Assembly (NCBI GenBank): GCA_030295235.1
Contig: AP026157.1
Location: 372,001-436,000 of the forward strand
Origin: Fistulifera solaris
Taxonomy: Eukaryota
DNA: 64,000 bases
Reading direction: 5' to 3'
Shown one piece after another: positions 58,811 to 64,000 of this stretch. The notes beneath the pieces were generated by a model. It did not search any database, was not told the origin of the DNA, and saw nothing but the letters and a program-made list of their open reading frames with translations. Position 1 is the first letter of the stretch; each line of letters starts with the position of its first letter. Both the position numbers and the translations under genes were made by a program.

Positions 58811-61800
58811 TGTTAAGTAAGCAAACGCAGGGTATTGACAGGTTGGAGTGTGAGCGTTGCAGCATCCACCGAGCGGGGAAAAGATCTTAAGTACGATATC
58901 ATCACGGCTTAAAAACTAACTGACAGAGAGTACCATTTATTCGAGAAAGCATGGAGAAAGATGATATTTTCGTCTCTCAATAATAAGAGATTATTCTATC
59001 GAAGAAATATCACGATGCGGTGCGCAGCAATTCAGTCAGAAGTCAAGCTAATAATTATCAGAGAGGACACCGCGACCGAGTGCCTAAACAGCAATCCGTT
59101 TTAAAGTTTTGTTCAAGAGTCGAACGAGAGTTATTGATAGATTGAGTCACGAGTTACGATTCAACGTATGACGGACTTACGTCAGTGTATTGGCGAGCAA
59201 TCTTGTTCGAACGTAAGAAGTAGGATGATAATTATATAGTGTGTTGTGAGTTACCGATTGGCTTTGTTATCGAAGTTGATCTTGTTATTGCGGTTATTCA
59301 TTGGATAATCGCTCAGAGGAACATTTATCTTCGCTGGTTATGAGCCCAGATCACGCCGATTGGATTTGATTCGATTGAAATGCGTGAATCTGAGTGTGTT
59401 GAAGTCATTCTCTCTGGTGGATGACTGATAGAGGAGAAGAAGAGGAAAGCCTTCCATCGTTGCAGGAAGAAGAAGAGGAGCCCGACAGGCTTCATTTGAA
59501 CGTTTTCTGGCAAGGAGAAAGAGATTCGGATTCGGATTCGGAGTCGGAAGAAGAAGAAAAGGATTCGGATTCGGAGTCGGAAGAAGAAGAAGAAAAGATG
59601 GCCGACGACGATAATTTGGACTATTTGAGCCAGAAACTCGGAGTTGCTCTGCGAGCGACCGACCGTACCACCCAGGAAGTTAAGAAGAAGAAACCTTTGG
59701 TCGGAAGCTAAGGATCGAGAAAGTATGAAGCCGAAGGAGAAGTCCCAGCTGCATGAAATTGCTACGGCGGGCATCGAAGCGAAGTTCGAGATCATGGATT
59801 CGATCAATTTGAATGATGGAGAAGCGGTTGCGACTCTGTCGAAGGCATACCGTGTTGATTTACGCATCGCTGAAGTTAGATGCGGTGGCGAACGTCGACA
59901 TGGATGATGTTTTTCAGATTCCGTCGGAGTTTGTGGCGCACCCGGATTTTTTCGGTGCCGATTCCGACCGCACGCAGCGAAATAGTGAATTTGTTTACTG
60001 GATATTACAAGTTGGATATGGATACTATCAAGAAAGCTTGTGATTTCTACGCGGTGCGAGGTGCAGATTGGCAGGTCGAGAATTTGCAATGGACTGGGGA
60101 ATTGATCCTCAACTGTTGCTCGCCCGACTTGCGAACTCGGATTGAGACACAGGCCCAGAGTGTACCCTCACGGAAGAGGCGGCCTACCAGAGCGGGCCGG
60201 TCTACTTTAAGATGATGATGGATTACGTTATCGTGCGTGATTCGTCGGCTATCCGAGGGCTTATCAGTCAGTTCGAGTCGATTACGGTTAAGAACTTTCC
60301 GGGAGAAAATGTGCGCGACTATAATACGGTTGCAGTGGGCGTTTACAATATGCTCGCAAATTCGATGAACTTGTCGGCCAATGCGGCGATTCGGATATGG
60401 CGAAGCTTGTGAAGCGTGGATTGATCGCGAGCTCTACGCCGGAGTTTAATAGCGATTTGACAGCCCATTCGGTGCTATTGGGACGCGATTGTACCGTTGA
60501 GGCGTTGACCGATAAAGCCAACGAGTTGTATTCTGGCTTGTTGGGAGCGAGTCTTTGGGTTGCTGGCGACGGAAAGCAAAGCGACTCGGGATTCTTTGCC
60601 GGGAACTGCTACGAGTGCGGTGAGAAGGGACACAAGTCTGTCGATTGTCCGAAGAAGAAGAAGGATGGCGATGGAAATAACAACTCGGGCAACCGTGGTT
60701 CGGGCAATGGTCGTGGAAATGGCCGTGGTGGACGCGGGGGCCGAGGTGGAGGTCGTGGTGGTCGTGGCGGACGCGGTGGTGGAAGAAGCGGAGGCGATTC
60801 GAACGGTTCGAATGACAAGAAAGAAAAGGATCCCTTCAGTACCCCGCCCAAGAAAGGCGAAAGTCACACGAAGACCATCAATGGAAAGACTTACCATTGG
60901 TGTGGACGGTGCAATCGTTGGGTCGATCACGACACCGACCAGCATCGAGCGATGTTAGCGTTAAAAGCGAGCGAAACTTCGGATACCAAGTCGTCTGACA
61001 AGTCGGATGACAAGAAGGAGTCCGGAAACTTCGCAGGGCGTTTGACGCCAGCGTTTTTAATGGGCCGCTTCAGTGGCTTTCTGGACCACTGGAGCAGATG
61101 GCCCAAACTCTCCAGAATTGGAAAGGAGTTTATGAAGACAAGCTTCCGAAGCAAGCTCGGGATTATTGGGCTGTTACTTTGGTTGCTTATGGTTGGAGTT
61201 ATGATTTTCGAAGCGATTGTCGATGGTTCGTGTTCGGCGTCGATTGTTTTGATGGAAATGCCACTTCGCTTGCATTTTATGGCGGAGGGTGTGTTAGGAT
61301 TTGGTTCTGTTGCCCCAGTTTGGTTTGACGTTACCGCGCAGACCGATTGTGCGCGACAGAGAGAGAGTTGGAAAGAAGAAGCGGCGTCGTAAACACGTGG
61401 TTTCGCAGGAGCAAGACTCGGGAGTCAAAACGCGTCACGAAAACGTCCTGGATTTCTAGGAGACGAGATTTCTGAGTGGATTAAAGGATGGGCAGATATA
61501 CCCGTTCGCTATGTTCCTACGATTCCTGAGATGTTCGATGAAGCGTGCCGTGCCAATCCTGAATTTTTGGATCTCCTCTGTGGTTTTGGTCGATTCAAAT
61601 GGCTACGGTGCCTCTCGTTGACAGAAAATCTGGCATTGACAGAAAATCTGGGTACATGCTTAGCGACACTCAAGCCGCTTGCGTACAACAATCTAAGCCC
61701 TGTTGATGGATGTGTTCAATTACAGAGCGTCTACTTTGGTGCAATGAATGATATCGCCCTATTGTGTTCGATACTGGCGCCTCAACTGGTGTTACCCCAC

Positions 61801-64000
61801 ATCGCGATGATTTTATTGATTTCACTCCAGTGATTCGTCTTTGACCGGGATCGCTCAGCAAGCACGAAGTTTGTGGTTCGGGTACTGTATCCTGGACGGT
61901 TCGAGATGATACTGGACAAGAGCATGAATTGAAAACGCGGGCTCTTTATGTGCCTGACGCTCAAGTTCGTCTCTTTAGTCCACAAGTGCATTTGCAGATC
62001 GAAGCTAGAGGGGGTCGTGGTGAATTTCGGAGTCACGGAAAAGGGTTCTGTCTTTCGATTTCCTTTTACGAAGAAGTCGTTGACGTTCCATGCGACACAT
62101 GACCGACTTCCACGTTTAGCGACGGATGCTGTTGAAGACCTCTCTGCGTTTCCGAGTTTTACGCCGCCTCAGGTTGCTGTGGAAGAAAATGTTCATCTTT
62201 CACCGGGGCAGTGCGAGTTGAAACTGTTACACGATCGTTTGGGACACTTTAATTTCCCTTGGATTCAGCGACTCACGCGAGTTCGCGAGGGGGATAGAGT
62301 GCAGGAGCCCATTTTGCGAACAAAATACAAGTCTACGTCCTCTTGTGCGCCGCCAATCTGTGCTTCGTGTCAGTTTGGCAAGGCAAAACGAAAGGCTATT
62401 GGAACGGAAAACAAGTCGAAAGTCCCAGAGAGAGACGGTTCGTTGAAAGAAGGTATCTTGACGCCAGGTCAGATGGTATCGACGGATCAGTACGTGTCAA
62501 GTGTGTCGGGTCGACGATCGCATACTTACGGGAAAGAGCAAGAGCAAGACAAGTTCAAGTGTGGGACAATCTTTGTGGATACGCTACGACGTACCTGTAT
62601 GTCGAAAATCAAGTGTCCACGTCGTCAACGGAAACTATTCAATCAAAACATATGTTCGAGAGAGCTTCGTTCGTATGGAGTTGAAGTCAAGGAGTACCGC
62701 GCAGATTTAGGAGTGTTCAAGTCGCAGGAATTTCTGAAGGATTTGGAGTTGCAAGGACAGCGAATCCATTTCTCCGGTGTCGGTGCACACCATCAGAACG
62801 GAATTGCAGAGAACGCGATCCAAACTGTGACAGAAAGCGCGAGGACGATGCTACTGCACGCGATGATTCACTGGCCAAGCGAAACGTTGGTGGACTTATG
62901 GCCATTTGCGGTAGACTATGCGGTGTACTTATGGAACAGGTTACCGAAGCAGGATTCGGGACTTGCACCGGTCGAGCTACTGTCTGGAGTTACGATGGAT
63001 ATGAGTGTACTTCAGCGAATGAGAGTGTTTGGATGTCCGTGCTACGTTCTGGATACTAGGATTCAAGACGGAAAGAAATTACCGAAGTGGAAGCCGAAAA
63101 GTCGAAGAGGTCAGTTCTTGGGAATGTCGAAGCGACACGCAAGTACAATTGGGCTTATTAGGAATTTGAGAACGGGAGCGGTTTCGCCACAGTTTCACGT
63201 GGTGTACAATGACAAGTTCACGACGATTCCGTTGATTCCGAAACCTGATGTCGAAGAGCCCGAACCAAAGGATTGGGAAGAGTTACTTACGTTTAGCCGA
63301 GATAAAGTTGAACCCGAGGATGGACAAGAATTACCTTTGCTACACGAGGATTGGTTGACTGACGAAGAAAAGAAACAGAGAGAGTTGTTAATTCGACGAC
63401 AAACACAAGAGAGAAACTTGGCTCCGGGACCTCGCCATCGAGAACCGAGAGTCGAGCGAATCAGATTCATGCGGATCAAGATCAAGATGAAGTTCCTATG
63501 TTTGCTCCAGAGAGAGATGATAGTGATGATGAGGATGTGGAAGAACCTGCTCCTCGTCGAAGTGAGAGACCGCTGACGTTGGAATCGCGAAGTATTACGG
63601 TTCCGATTTCGTAAATCGGCCTGTTAGTCGTGGAAGATTTTATGGGCCCGGCGATGACAACATTGAAGAAGTTTATATTGCTGAGCGCGATATGACGAAA
63701 TTCGGAAAGGAGACCGAGTCTGAGCTGATAGAGAAAGTACAGAAAGAGTTTGGTCTTCCGTCGGAGAATGAAGCTTTTCTGGCGAGTCTGGATTTTGATG
63801 GGGACATCTTGTCGCGGGAAATTGGGGTGCGCATGCTTTGTTGATGCGATCGAACGTCGATGAGGACGGATTGCTCGATGATTTGCATCCTTTGGCGTTT
63901 GCTGCGAAAGCGAACAACGAAGACACTCCGAATTACCACCAAGCGATGAATGGACCGAATAGTGAGGGCTATCGTCAAGCGATGGTCAAAGAGATCGAGT
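58811..64000 (+). mobile_element. Ty1/copia LTR retrotransposon (CoDi-like), 5' portion, frameshifted, running off the window
   Basis: Putative LTR from TGTT at 58811 (boundary uncertain) and PBS GGTTATGAGCCCAG at 59336-59349. Gag with CYECGEKGHKSVDC, protease FDTGASTGVTP near 61765, GAG-pre-integrase HDRLGH..CASC, integrase D..D..AHHQNGIAE, RVFGCPCYV, RT start TPNYHQAM..AMVKEIE. Confidence 0.92.

Overview
Eukaryotic nuclear DNA, most likely a pennate diatom (inference). The basis is a fucoxanthin-chlorophyll LHC gene with an ASAF-type plastid presequence, a bZIP-PAS factor, short GT-AG introns and a CoDi-like Ty1/copia element. About 25 protein genes are recognisable. Many carry single-base frameshifts at homopolymers, which suggests an unpolished long-read assembly rather than mass pseudogenisation. 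Best leads: (1) a ~52-bp double-hairpin satellite family with a CRISPR-like look, higher-order repeats and covarying palindrome arms, present at two loci; (2) a tRNA-derived SINE with a 12-bp TSD and an empty paralogous site nearby; (3) a cluster of four unannotated secreted Cys-rich paralogues; (4) a catalytically dead trypsin fused to a silaffin/cingulin-like GK/SY tail; (5) a PH-like + RelA/SpoT-like nucleotidyltransferase + TPR-like protein; (6) a secreted alpha-dioxygenase-like haem enzyme; (7) a 261-bp non-autonomous Helitron; (8) a possible sulfur-transfer gene neighbourhood. No database searches were run. All family calls come from motif recognition by eye, and intron boundaries were read manually.
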